Positions 1-13,447 of a DNA stretch of 64,000 nucleotides are shown in pieces. The DNA is from Octopus bimaculoides (taxonomy: Eukaryota), in NCBI RefSeq assembly GCF_001194135.2, contig NC_068988.1, positions 96,129,024 through 96,193,023 on the forward strand, written 5' to 3'. The notes beneath the pieces were generated by a model that ran no database searches, was not told where the DNA came from, and saw only the letters and a program-made list of their open reading frames with translations. Positions within the stretch are counted from its first letter, which is position 1. Every line of letters starts with the position of its first letter. The translations under genes and the position numbers were made by a program.

Positions 1-2
1 TT

Positions 3-162
3 TTCAGCCAGAGCTAGTCATTGACTCCCACTACACATAACTTTCAGCCAGAGCTAGTCATTGACTCCCACTACACATAACTTTCAGCCAGAGCTAGTCA
101 TTGACTCCCACTACACATAACTTTCAGCCAGAGCTAGTCATTGACTCCTACTACACATAACT
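3..162. repeat. 40-bp minisatellite, 4 copies (truncated by window start)
   Basis: Unit TTCAGCCAGAGCTAGTCATTGACTCCCACTACACATAACT at 3, 43, 83 and 123. One substitution in copy 4. No spacers. Confidence 0.97.
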
Positions 163-230
163 GACTCAAATTAGAATTTACCATGTAAAAGCAGCAACTA
201 TCATGTTTTGATTTGTAGAACTAGATTTAA

Positions 231-451
231 CCCTTTAGCATTTAAACCAACCATACCCAGCCAACATATTCAACCTGCTTTATGGTCAAACTGGCCAGAT
301 GTGGCCTCTCACACCAATCCTACAATATTATTCTAAAAATTAATAGTTACCTCATCAAAATCTCAAAGGTATGAGATAATGCACGATTAATTCAAAACAA
401 TTTGAACAAAATAAGAACTACCTTTGGCAGAATAATCTAAATGCTAAAGGG
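231..451. mobile_element. piggyBac-type MITE (non-autonomous)
   Basis: Terminal inverted repeats CCCTTTAGCATTTA ... TAAATGCTAAAGGG, flanked by TTAA (227-230) and TTGA (452-455). TTAA target sites with CCCT ends are piggyBac hallmarks. Confidence 0.75.
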
Positions 452-883
452 TTGATTCCTATAAGGATTGCCTGAAAGGGAAGGATTACTGCATAAAAAA
501 GCAGTCATCAGGTGGTGTCCCTATTATTGACAAAATGCATTTGGCATGTCCAAGCTGTCAGAAGCATTATTTTCTAATATTCTATACAAAACAATATTCA
601 AATCTCAGGCCAATTACATTTTCGTAGCATCAAATGTAACAGAACAAACACATAGCAGGTACATAATAAATGGACGACCTGAAATAAAATAAAATTCATC
701 AAAACATAGAAATGGCTCCTTTTTAAGGAATTGATTTGGCAAGAATTTGTAGTAGGAATATATCAGCTAAGTGAGTCACTTGAGATTACATCTGCAATCA
801 CAGATGCAGTGCATCCTAACCTGAAGACTGAAAGAAAGCTTGTTTGTGCATCATGTCTGAGGAAAATAAAGAACTAGATTTTA

Positions 884-1047
884 CCCTTTAGCATTTAAAC
901 CAGCCAAAATATTCAACCTTGGCCAGATGTGGCCTCTCACACCAATCCTACAATATTGTTCCAAAAATGAATAGTTACCTCATCAAAATCTCAAAGGTAT
1001 GAGATAATGCTCACATAATTCGAAGCAATGTGACTAAATAAGAATTA
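884..1047. mobile_element. Truncated second copy of the same MITE
   Basis: CCCTTTAGCATTTAAAC start, and an internal sequence nearly identical to 231-451. Right TIR absent. Confidence 0.75.
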
Positions 1048-3726
1048 CTGAAAATTCCTCCTTCAGCACCAAGTTATAATCTTAAACATATAAGCCTGAA
1101 CATTGAAGATTGTGTAAAAGGTCCAATTAGACAACCTCCAAGAGATTGGGGAAAGAAAGGTAGAAAAGAAAACCGATTTGAGAGATTTACAGAGTCATAA
1201 TAGAGAGTCGAGTGGTTAGACTGTAGGAATTGTGGAGGAGAGAGAAGAAACAGGTAACTCAACAGGGACTGAATGGATACAAGCTTACATCCATACATAC
1301 ACACACACACACACATAGAAATAGTTACGTTTAAAGGGAAGATAGCAAAACTAAGAAGTTTCACAAATTACACATCAATAGACCCACAAACCTCAAATCA
1401 TATTCCTATTGCATGAAAGGGATCATAGAAAACGTTCAAATCTTTCAGTAAATCATTTAAATCAAGCTGAAATGAGTGAACATTTTTGAGTATTTGATAA
1501 AAAGCTAAGAATCAATAACAAAAAAGAAATCACAAAGAGGGTAAGAAAACATTAAGGTACTCAAATGGTGTACATTTTTCTTTCTTTCTAATTTAGGAAC
1601 AGGGACAGCAATTCTAGAGGGAAGGGATTAGTTGATTACATCAACCCCAGTATTTTACTGGTACATACTTTAATCGAACCTGAAATGATGGGGGGTGGAA
1701 GAACTATCGTTAAGCATTTGGTCCAAGATGTTACTACTAAGCAGCACAATTACTCTTCAGCAGTGGCTTCCTTTCGTGACATTCTCCCTCAAAGCTAACT
1801 GAAAGTATTAGCAACTTCAAAATACTGCTGAGCAAAAGCCACCTCTAAAATATTTCCATTAATTAAACAAGGAATACAAAATAATATAAGATTCATAAAA
1901 TTTTCAATTCAAACCTAGACAGTAGACTGATGAGAGATATTAATTGCATGGGATCCAGCAAGAACCAGTCCATGGAGGTAAATTATCTGAGCAAATCGAT
2001 TTCCTTATAGGTAGAGCATATTTAAAACAAAATTACTATTGCTCACATTTTCATCTTTCAGGCTCACTTCATGTACATGTAACATGGTACACACACACAG
2101 TTCACTTTTGTGAGTTTTAATAACATGCATCATCTCCAAGCAATCATTGGGCTCTGAGCACATGGCCTATAAGGCATCCTGATTTGAAAATTGTATAGGT
2201 CATGTGCATAGAGCCCAAAGATTGCTTAAAACTTACCTAGATTACATCTCCAATGCATGAAACTATTAGTAGCTTGCAACCACATACTGTGTACAATGTG
2301 TGTGTGTGTACATTACACATTCCCCACATACAGGAAGCTCTTAGCTAAGAAATGTCCAAACAAAAAGTCTTTAGAACTATAAAGGCCTTAAATTTTGGAG
2401 TCAAGTGTTCTTTTTATATTTACCTGTTATACATGGTTCTAATTAATTATTAATTACCATTCTTTTAATGCACAAACAGATTAAGTTTTGAGGAGGATTT
2501 AGCTGTTATCAAAATATGAACAACCTAACAATTTGAAAGAACAAGTCTAAACCATTATAAGAGACTGATAACATTTCAAAATGGACCAGCAGATATATAT
2601 TCATATGAAAATAATTTTTGGAGTATCTGTAATAAAGTCTAAATTTTTATGAAAGCTTGCATAAGAAATTAATAAACAAGCTTTTTCAATCTATCCTCCT
2701 GTGTCATTGCCAACATAATAGCAATTCTATTAAAATTTGCACACATGCAGAGACACACGGAACAAATACAACTGACTCAAACAACAGTTTTACAACCGCA
2801 ATAATGGTTGATTTGCATATATTTATTCTTTTATCACTTTCATGCTGATTGTTAACTTTACTGAAAACATTGTTCAACATAATAGGTTCTTGTTTTGGTC
2901 ACATTTTGGTTTGTTTTTGTTTTTTTTTTCTTTAAATGTATTTAAATGATGAATGAATATTTGGGTCTCCCTTTTTTTTTTTAAATTTTCTTCTCCTTTT
3001 TTCCGTGTGTATGCATGACATGAATGAAAGGCTTACTGGAACCTAGTAAGAAATCTCTGCTCAGTACATTATATGTAGCACTTAATACCAAGAACAGCAG
3101 CCAGTCAACGTAACATTGGATGCAAAGATTGATAGAATGTGGCCTGTGTATTTATATATTGTACATATATATATATATATATATAAATTACACACACACA
3201 CACACACACACACCCAAAAGAGAAATCTGAAAGGGTAAGGGCTTGAAGAAAGAGGTTAAGAGAAATANNNNNNNNNNAAAAAAAAAAAAAAAAAAGAACT
3301 GTAATACCTTTACCAGAAATATTAGATTTCTCAACAAAGATCCAAATATTCTATATATTGGATCAAGTACAGGTTTCCTTGGTCAACGGTGTCAACAGAC
3401 AACCCTTATCACAGCACCCACTCTTTTTATTTTTATCATTCATTACCAATAACAGCCATCACCCAGCTTTTCTACTTGTTTTACCATCTCAATACTTCAA
3501 TTAGGATTTTTTATTTTTTATACATTATCTTTTTTTTTTTCTTAATGAAGTTGCACTAAAATAAGTGGAGATGTTGAAAGTTTTGGTTGTTAGTATTTAC
3601 TCTACAAACAAATACCGTTTTCTCATTCTCACATCCAACAATTTAGATGAGAAGCAACTGGGATCCATTACCAAACAATAATTTATCATAGTCACTATGT
3701 GTGTTAAACAATAACTGCTGTGTTAT

Positions 3727-5454
3727 TTAGTCAATATTTACATAAGGTAATAAATCTAATTTGCTTCCCTCAAATGATTCTACTGACATAGTGTGAGTCC
3801 AATCTCTCCAAGAACCAGTGGAATCCCACTGGCCATTAACACCTGACCAATATTCATTGTGCAACCTGTCAATATTGCTATCAGTGATAGGTTCCGTATG
3901 CTCTGTCACTTCATATTTATCGTCATCCCAGTCGATTTTATCAAGATTCAAAGGTGGAAGAGAGTTATAGATTTCTAACAGTGACAAATGGTTGGAATTG
4001 GAAGAGACTTCTTGTGCTGTACTACTTGAAGAGCCCAAGCTTCTCTCCATAGGAGTCTGGCCATTGGGCAAGTCACATTCCAGCAATCTACAGGGGTCAA
4101 GTTCCAGATATTCTGATTCATCTTTTAGATTAGGTCGTATAGAATTTTTGAGAAACCTTTCAACAAGTTCTGTCTTAGTCTGACTCAACATTGGCCTAGC
4201 TTTATGCTTGCCAGATTTTAATCGAACATCTAGACTGTTAGGAGACGGTTGCCTCTTTAATTTATCTATAATATCGCCTCTTAGTTGTGAACCAGTAGAA
4301 CCACTTTTAGCTCGCAGCTCTGCTATCAACTGAGCTGTAGTCTTAACTTTTGAGGTTTTAGTTTTATCTTGCTTTGCATGGAAAGTCAAATTACGTTTGC
4401 TAGTTGAGCTCTTAAACGAGTCATTACTGTCACCACTCATATATGTAAATAAATTGTCCATCACAGATTTGGATTTGGGCAAAACATTGCCTGATTTTTT
4501 CTTTTCTAAAGTTTCCAAATTTTGGCAAACATTACGCGATATACCATTAACTGTCTTTTCTTTTGAATGTAAATCTTTAACATATTTGTCAGCAGGAACT
4601 GAGCGTTTGGCTGGAGGTGCACCACCCGAATCGTTACAAGTCCGTTTTCTATTAGATAATTTACCTTTGGGTGTAGGTTTTTGATCATTCAATGTGCCAG
4701 CATTAATGCGATCCCTGGAATGATTTATTATAGGAGAACATTTCCCTGGATGTAGTGAACCAACTTTTGATAATGAGTTTTTTTCCTTTGACATACAATT
4801 ACGCTCAGTACTTCTTGTTGGACTATACGTCTGATTACTCATTAGATTATTTTCACAACGGCCGTCAGAAGAGGCACTGTTCTTAAAGGGACCATTCGGA
4901 CAATTACCTTTAGGGGTTGAAGATAATGGTATACTTGGACTATGTTGTTTTGGAGTTAAAGATGAAGGAAGGCCTGCCCTTCGAGGGCACATAGTTTTAG
5001 GGGATATCGGTCCTTTAGGGGTTGACGTTAATGGTGCGACACCTCGTAAAGGACAAACAGATTTAGGAGATATATTTGATCGTTGAATACCATTAGGATC
5101 AACTTTCAAAGATGTTGGATGTAATCTTGGAGTTCCTGGTGTTGCATTGACTCGTAAACATGGAGAGTTGTTTTTGCTCGACACAGCTATTCCACATGGA
5201 CTAGATTTCACAAGGCCTGGGGAAAAACGAAGGGATGCTGGACTAACTGGCATAGAGCCAGCAGATCCAGTTAAAACAGTCATTCCTGGACTTGGAGAAT
5301 TGGTATTTATCCGTTCTCCATTGACAGTGGTGCCATCTGTTGGTGGCGAGATGAGTTTCTGCCAGCTCCGAACCAGTCTCTTGGCTCGCCGCGCCAGATC
5401 ATCATTTGTAGTCTTTTTACGGAGTTCATTGACCAATTTCCCCAATCTAGTTTG
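3727..5454 (-). CDS. MED26: MED26 exon 3 (terminal, 575 aa + stop)
   Basis: 572-aa ORF extended to the acceptor ttttacag|CAA ACT AGA. TAA at 3727-3729. Motifs [31 protein letters not shown]. Confidence 0.97.
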   Translation of the reverse strand, partial: QTRLGKLVNELRKKTTNDDLARRAKRLVRSWQKLISPPTDGTTVNGERINTNSPSPGMTVLTGSAGSMPVSPASLRFSPGLVKSSPCGIAVSSKNNSPCLRVNATPGTPRLHPTSLKVDPNGIQRSNISPKSVCPLRGVAPLTSTPKGPISPKTMCPRRAGLPSSLTPKQHSPSIPLSSTPKGNCPNGPFKNSASSDGRCENNLMSNQTYSPTRSTERNCMSKEKNSLSKVGSLHPGKCSPIINHSRDRINAGTLNDQKPTPKGKLSNRKRTCNDSGGAPPAKRSVPADKYVKDLHSKEKTVNGISRNVCQNLETLEKKKSGNVLPKSKSVMDNLFTYMSGDSNDSFKSSTSKRNLTFHAKQDKTKTSKVKTTAQLIAELRAKSGSTGSQLRGDIIDKLKRQPSPNSLDVRLKSGKHKARPMLSQTKTELVERFLKNSIRPNLKDESEYLELDPCRLLECDLPNGQTPMERSLGSSSSTAQEVSSNSNHLSLLEIYNSLPPLNLDKIDWDDDKYEVTEHTEPITDSNIDRLHNEYWSGVNGQWDSTGSWRDWTHTMSVESFEGSKLDLLPYVNID

Positions 5455-6231
5455 CTGTAAAAATACACAAAAAAAAAAGTTTAAGATATATAAAATAAAT
5501 AAAATACTAAAACATCTTTAACTATATTCAATCCCCCTCCCCTTTAAATATTACAAGTTAATATTTATACCCATATGAGTAGCCCTTTTAATATACTATC
5601 TGACACCACAATTTCTATTAGCTTTATATCAACTCACAAAATTATTCTAATACAGTTTTAGAATTGAACAATTGGAATGATTTATAGAAATTGGTAAAAC
5701 TGGATTAACAGAATACTCCTTTGTCTCATTTCCTCCATTTATAAACAGATTAAAGACTTATGCTAAGGGTACAGAAGAAAAAGAAATGTATCAATTTGAA
5801 GTTCAACTCAAAAAGTAAAAGCAAACTAAAGCACTTTCCTAGAATAGACAAAAGTAAAACGAATATTTTAAATATTCACACTTATCTGTATAAAATGTAT
5901 AAATTTACATAAATTAAGCGGTTCTCAGGATTCAGTTAAATAACTGGTCAAGTTGTAATGAGACAATATAGGGCCATAAACTTTTGATGGCACACGGGCA
6001 TTCAATTGACATGGGGGTAGAGTTGGGTTTCAATGATAAGAAGTCAGTTTAAAAGGATATTTGATTGTAAATTATGCCTTCTTTACGTGTGAGGAGAGAT
6101 AAGAAGGGTGAGTTACAAGTCAAAAATGAACTGAAAAAATAAGCACAAAAAGTAAAAATAGATATTTAAAAGAAAAAATTCCTATTAAGGAGGAAATATA
6201 TTCACAAGCTAATGAAAAGCATACATCTTAC

Positions 6232-6306
6232 CTCAAGTGCTTCACGTGTAATAGGGTAACTCTCCAAGGTAGCAATAACCTCCAGGACAGCAGGTATGTC
6301 CGAAAC
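6232..6306 (-). CDS. MED26: MED26 exon 2 (75 nt)
   Basis: ttttcttag|GTT TCG GAC ... CTT GAG|gtaaga; VSDIPAVLEVIATLESYPITREALE. Confidence 0.95.
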
Positions 6307-9300
6307 CTAAGAAAAAATAGATTTGATTAAAGAATTTGCAGAAAGTAAGCTTTCAGTTGGACTTTTTGTTAGGAACAAATCTAAACTTGAAATTTTCTGA
6401 ATAAATTTAACAACTAGAAAAACAATGACAAAAAAAAAAAAACTTTCTGTATCAACTAATCCAAAAAGCCATTGAAAGAGTACAAATTGCTCATCGAATC
6501 GTCTTACTTGCAATGCAGTAGTTGAGCTATTGGTGTGTATCTACTTGTAAAGGCCTTGATTAGTAAAACTATGGTAATTATAGTCTCTGTAAGTGACAGC
6601 TAACTCAGTAGTAAGGTCAATCGAAATATATTGTACCAATCTAAAGTAAAAATAAATTTTAGAATCTTACTATAAACTGGGGTAGGGTTTGTAAAAAAAA
6701 AGAAGGAACACAGCCTTCTAAACTGATATTCTTCAGCTGTTCTTTGGACACAACCAATATCCAAAGGATTTAATAAAGAGATTAACTGAAATGCAACTGA
6801 ATGCTTACTTACTAAACATTCCTCATAACTAAACTTACACAATTTGTTATCAACCAATAATTTTAATTGTTCATCATATTCACAGAACTTAGCTCCCTTA
6901 ATTTACTAATTATACCAATTTAATTATACAACTAAACTCAAATCATCTGCCCTCAAAATACAATGACACCAGTTTTAGAAAGTGAAGAAGAGAACATAAT
7001 TGTTCAAAGTATTTTTGTAGTTTAAGGTAAAAATTACATAAAATTCCAAATACAGGCATCTAAACTTTTATGCTATAAATTTTTCCATTTGGTTATAAAA
7101 AAAAATTAAAGAGAAAGAGAATCTACTAGAATATAAATTTCTTTGGTGCAAGGTTAATTCTGAAGAGGAGAGGCAATGTCGAAATGTAATCAAATCCTTT
7201 CTTTCTTTGATTCAATCAGCATTGCTGCTATTTTAGCCATCAACATTAAAATTCACTTTCCACCAATTACTAATTAGAAATGAAAAGTTATTAAATATCC
7301 TGTTACTTTAAACCATTTAAGCTTCAGAAATATGTTTACAAATACATCATTAAATCTTTTCTATCCCACAATACATTAGTTTCTATACCAGTTTAACAAT
7401 GAGAGCCACTCCAATAGTTTTAAGGTTAGTATAATTACAGCACAAGTAATTTGCATGTCACTATAGATATAGTATAAAAAGAAAAAAAAAATCAATCAAC
7501 ATTTAATTATATACATGGATTTAAGCATCTAAAAAATAAAAAAAAGTGAGGGGGGGGGGCACTTAAATTGTCAGTACTTTTGAAAACTGGTTTTATTGAA
7601 ATTTACTTGACCTGTTTTCTAAAAGGTACAAATTGAAGTTAAAAAAAAAACACCTTTAAAGAATTAATATCTCTATTAATCTTTAAAGGTGGTGTTAAAA
7701 TTCTGAAACCTTGAAGATCATACAAACTCACTTTTAGAAGGGAAAGAAATAGAATTCTAAATAACAAGGAGTTAAAAGGAAAAAAAATCATTTCTGAAAA
7801 TTGCTTGCCCTTGATCAGCCCTGATCTATCAGATGTAGAAATCAAAGGGAAACCCAACTCATTTTTCTTCAGACTGTAATACCCATGGAGTTTTATTTCT
7901 ATTTTAAGATGAGTATGACAAGCTCAAAATAAAATGGGTCTCAAAAAGTCACACCAGATCTATAACATGTTAAGCTGGACCTATATGGCATGCTTTAAAT
8001 GCAATAACGGTTTCCCTGAATGTGTGTTGCTGAAATTGGGGTATGTTTTTCATGCTGTCGAATACAATAAAACTCATAATTGACTCACAACAGTTGAGCC
8101 AATCTATGCTCAAAGGTATTCCACCCTTAATCATTGTCTTTTGAGAAATAGCTAAGACTACACAAGCATGTATTTTTGAGACAGCAAGGTTACTGGAGGA
8201 GATCTAACAGCAATTTCTCGCAAGACCTGCAAATGTCAAGGGTTATAAAGATGCTTTAATCAAACAAAAGGCAATATAATGGAACTAAACAAATTGTTCA
8301 AATAAGCAATTAAAACACTTTACACGATTTGTAATTGACATTCAATTCACCAATGTACTACCAATAACTGAGTAAGTCAACCAATTATATAAGAAAGGAT
8401 TTATAATACTAAAAAAGTTCATTTATACTCTGCTAGATATCGTCCTTACTTCACCCAGCTGATTGGCTGATATTCACAACTTACAAATATCTAAATTTGT
8501 AGATCCAGCAGATGGACACTAACAAAAGAAGCAAAAATTCTTAGCTTTGTTATAATTCAAAGTTTGGTTCCAAACTTGAACATTTGAGGAAAATTGTTTT
8601 AATAGAATACTTTTCAAATGATTGGTACCAATTTCTATAAAATATCAAGGTGTATATTTCTGCAAGTTTTCCCCCACAACATTGAAATTATAACATATTC
8701 CAAAACTGCCTCAACTCATATTTTAAACCTAATTTCAATTGCTTATCAATTAGTTTGAAATACTTCACTTGCTCCCTTCATTAACATCTATTCTGATGAT
8801 CAACTGTTTTTTCACTCCTGTAAACAATATTACGGGATTTTCATTTCTAACATCAACTATGCGAATAGCCTGGCCTTCAAATTCACATGGCAATTTCATT
8901 TCCATTTTCGTCAAATTTATATTCTGTACTCAGAATTTAATACACAAAAGGCATTAGAATTTACAATGTCTGCTGGGGTTAAATTACAGCAACATTCATC
9001 CTAAACCAGGACTACCATGTTATGTTGGCAAAACAATCTTTACTCCAAAGTACTGTTGCTGAATATCTCGTGAGATTTTAAAATAGTAATTTTCGAATTT
9101 AAACTACATTAGTTTAACAGTGATTATTATACCATTTTCTTCATTACAATCAACATTGTAACTTCTGAAAGAAAAATCATTGCTGAAGAAATAAAGATAT
9201 GCAAAGCATCTTTGGTTAAGGACGAGAAAGTTGACATTTTTTAAATCCTAAAAGAGGACATTTCGGAACCTCCTAAAACTGCAAAACAGGTTTTCTAACA

Positions 9301-12300
9301 TTCATAAAATAGTGAAAGATTATTTTGGTTAAAAAATACTAAACAATACAAAAAGAGCAACAGATATATTTTTAAATAAATCAAAAATTTCAGGAGTAGT
9401 AAACCAAACAGTTAAAATTAGGGTTAGGGTACAATGAAACTGCTGTCAGGATTCGGAAATTATATCCAATAAAGCAACATTCATTTAATATATTTCATTA
9501 CAAAATTCCAGATGCCATCTGATAGAATTTTATTTTGAAATGAAAATTTTAATTGCATTTTAAAAAGTTGCAATACTTGAAAGTCTTTTTACATCCCATA
9601 TAAAACTTCAAACAAATTTTTTTAATTATTTCAAAACATTAACAAGGCATTTGAAGAAAATTTCTAGAATGACAGAAAAAGGGGGGGGAAAACAAAAACA
9701 CGATATTTCCTCCTTATCAAAATGGTAATGAAGTAAATGCTAGTAGGGTTCAATCCTTGACTAATGGTGGGGGTTTCACCTGGGCAGGTGAAGCAACATA
9801 GGTCTAAGCAGAATGTTGTCACATCAATATATTTATCTATAATGACCTAGATTATTGCCAACACATGGCCCCAAAATACACATCCTTATCACCCACTCAT
9901 ACACAGTATTTTTTTTTTTATATCAACTTGAGCAATAACCTAAGAATTACCTTACAAACACTGAATCCTTCTGATCATTGACACAATATAAAGAGTACAA
10001 CAGCAGCAAGAATTTTAATCAAATTTTCAAAAGTTTGACTGAACAACAAGTTTAGCTGAGTGGGGTTGACAATCCAATATCTTCATGGACACATTTGACC
10101 AAAGTATTCATGATGTTTATTTACAGGAAATTACATCAGAAATAAACTAGAGAAATCTGGATTGTTATTAATAATGAAAAAAAAATCTATACCAAGAAAT
10201 GCACCTTACAATATTAGGAGAATATAAAATATATTCACATTATTTAAGCAAAACCAGGAAAACAACCATTCCTACTACTTTTAACTCAATTCAATACACA
10301 CCCATTACATAATACACAATGAAGTGGAATTAACAGATGGCTATTATCAAACTAAACATTGAACTCCGAGAGAAATCATATGGCTTTTGGTTAGCACCTA
10401 GAGAAAACCAGCGATTGCAAGTTCCAAATTGCTGACAATGGCTTCACATCATATCAATAACTGCAAGATGAGCAAACTCGTTTAAGCAATCAACATTTAG
10501 AAAAAATCTAGTAAGATTGAGCATTTAAAAGCTGATTGCCTAAAATATCAGATATAATAAACTGATTACAAATATTTAATAGGTAAAGGCCACCAATTTA
10601 TTTTATAAAGATATTATCAACTGTATACAAAGAAAAATAGCCTTAAGACATACAAAACCAATGTCACTAACAGAATAGCCAGAAATACCAAAAGTCAATT
10701 GCAAAAGAAAGAAAAAAAAAAAGCCAAAGTAAGAACATAAACGTTTGAAAGCTATCTGTAAAGTTATCAACACTGGACATCTCTAATTTATATTAGGGAG
10801 CACACAGCTCATTATGGTATAGCAGCGCATAGCCTGGATGGCTGTGAAATGTCACATGGAACTTGAAAAGCTTTATTTTTTTTGTATGCTCAGAGGGTTT
10901 TGGCTGGTGCAGACATGCATACAGAGTAAGCAAAAAAAATCATAATTAAATATCATTTAACAGATGTCTTTGAAATGACTGCAATTAAAAATTTCACTTA
11001 AAAGCTTTTTAAAACAGGAGCTTATCTAACAATATATTTTAGATTAAAACCTTTAATATTCATGGAAACCATTTCAATATCCACATAGTTTTTGACCAGA
11101 TTGTACAAGAGGGAGGAAGCAAATTTTAAGCCAAATATTTTCAAAAACATCTGAACCAAAATGACCATGTTCGACTGGACAGCAATTACTTTTATGCAAA
11201 GTTCACTCCAATGACAAAACTTCATGACCATTTATTAAAACAAATTACAAATACTGATTTTCTGAGCCATCCTCATATCAAAAATCCTGGTATGAAGAAA
11301 GGAGAAAAGAAAGGACACTTCCATGATGGCTGGTCATTGGATATTATATGAAACCTTTAATGACAACTAAGCATGTGCTTTAAAAGGTTAAGTTTCCATC
11401 TGAGAGGAAAAAGACAAGATATGAACAGAAGCTGAAGCATCTAACACCATAAATCTTTCAACTGCCAGTACCATCACTATTTTCATTCAGAATAAAATAT
11501 ATTTTCTCTGAAGAAAATAAAAGCATCTTAATATCAGTTGTGAAAATATCCCAGAAAATATTTAACATAAAAATTCTGTAGTCTTCTCAGGATCTCAAGA
11601 AGGTCCTGTATTTTCTAATGAAATATTTCCTCCAACTCAGTAAATCATATCCTCCTACAAGTGAAACAGATCTGAAAACTCAATGAAATGACAAAACTGG
11701 AATTCGAGACTCTGGCACTAGCAAGTCAAGTGCACTTTCTACATCACCCCCCTCACACACGACGTAAAACGAACACAGGGGCTGGGGTGGAATCATCATC
11801 GTTCAGTCCTGAGCAAGTTTTGTGGCAGATACACTTCACTCACAGCCGGAAAGGGGTTGTGCTTTCCCCCACCCTCCTATATATATTTATATATATATAT
11901 ATATATTATATATATATATATATATATACACACACATACATATATATATAGCTAAATAAATCCAAATGTGAAACTGAGACAACGAACAAAAATATTCACC
12001 TATTATTTTTCTTGTTCATATTTAATAATAGCCCATGTGGAAAAAGCCAAATTAAAACAAAGCCCAGCATTTTTCTTTTTTTAATCAGATTGATCATATT
12101 ATAGAGAATTAAGATTCCACCTATTATCTAAAAATGTATATGACCAGTCAAGAGTTAAGAAAATTATAAGATCAGCTTCCCAATAATTTTTCCGTGGCAG
12201 TAGGAAATGGTCTCTAAAAGCATCACATTACTAAGTGTCCTACGCTTAACTTCAAGATATTTTTTTTTATTCACGTCTCACCCGAGCTAATCTTCAGCAA

Positions 12301-12482
12301 CACTTTTTTTATTAAAACATCTATTACCCAACCTGATGTATTCAAACACACGTAGCCGCCATCATCGTGTCTATACTGAAACGTAATTTTAATGAAAAAC
12401 AACGATCGCGAGACCTTCACCACCAATGGAGAAAGCAGTTCCTTAATTATAGCAGAAATCAAAGCTCTATTTCCCCAATGAG

Positions 12483-13447
12483 ATGGCATCCAGGCGGTAT
12501 TACTATTTCTAGTTTGATATATCGTGTTCAATTTGGAGTCGCCATTAAATTCTTTCCTACAGAGTTTAACAGTACCAGTAACATACTGGATTTCACCCAT
12601 CAGGTCTGATGTAAAAGGTTTAACTGCTCTGAATTATATTGTTAGTTTTAATTAATTCTGATGAGGAGACCTGATAAATTATTAAACTTTTCTCGGTCTC
12701 AAGGTGAGTACGAAATACGACTCGAATGCTAACACCGAACCATCAGCTCACTAACAGCTTTTCTATTATACTAATTAGACACTAAGGCTGGTTGAATGAC
12801 CCGAAATAACTATGAAACTTCAACAAAACACTGAAATAATTTAAAATTTTACAGAGAGAAAACATTTGACTACAAAGTGAAAAAACTATTTTAAAAATGG
12901 GAAAAGGAAAAAAACAACATTAAACTGAGAAATTTCAAAAGGTGAGCAGTCACCGTAAATTGGATACAAAAAAATATTTGGATAGGAAAGTAAAAAGAAA
13001 AAAACATTCAAGTTTACAAAAATTACGACCCGCAAATTGAGAGAGAAAAAAAAAATCGTGAAATTCTAAAATAATCAGTTTATTCATATATTACAGGTTT
13101 AAATAGTTATTTCGGGTCATTCAACCAGCCTTAGTGTCCAATTAGTAGAATGGAAACTTATTTGAGCTGATTTACTTGGTGGTAGGACTCAAGTTGCATT
13201 GAGACCTGGAAGGGTTTAATAATTTATCAGGTCTCATTACCAAAATTGGGAAATTTAAAATAATTAAAACAATATCACTCAGAACAATGAAACCTTTCAC
13301 ATCTAAACGATTTTCGTCTTCAGACTAGAGAGGTGGAACCAGTATATTACTGGTACTATTAACTCCGTAGGAAATAATAATTTAATGGCCACTCCAAATT
13401 CAACACGATATATCAAACTGGAAAATCATAATTATTGCTGGATAGCA
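12483..13447. repeat. Large imperfect inverted repeat (foldback element) in MED26 intron 1
   Basis: The arm at about 12483-12815 is the diverged reverse complement of about 13100-13447 (e.g. GACACTAAGGCTGGTTGAATGACCCGAAATAACTAT vs ATAGTTATTTCGGGTCATTCAACCAGCCTTAGTGTC). A-rich spacer of about 285 bp. Confidence 0.9.

Noticed and set aside
3-162. CRISPR-like array
   Set aside because: The units are contiguous with no unique spacers, there are no cas genes, and the context is eukaryotic.
3992-5521. ORFs at 3992-4183(+), 4397-4684(+), 4506-4688(-) and 5147-5521(+)
   Set aside because: Shadow or off-frame ORFs overlapping MED26 exon 3, with no independent support.
12658-12715. CTGATGA...GAAA as another hammerhead
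   Set aside because: Eleven extra nucleotides lie between the GAGACC/GGTCTC stem and GAAA, stems I and III are missing, and the motif is absent from the mirror arm.
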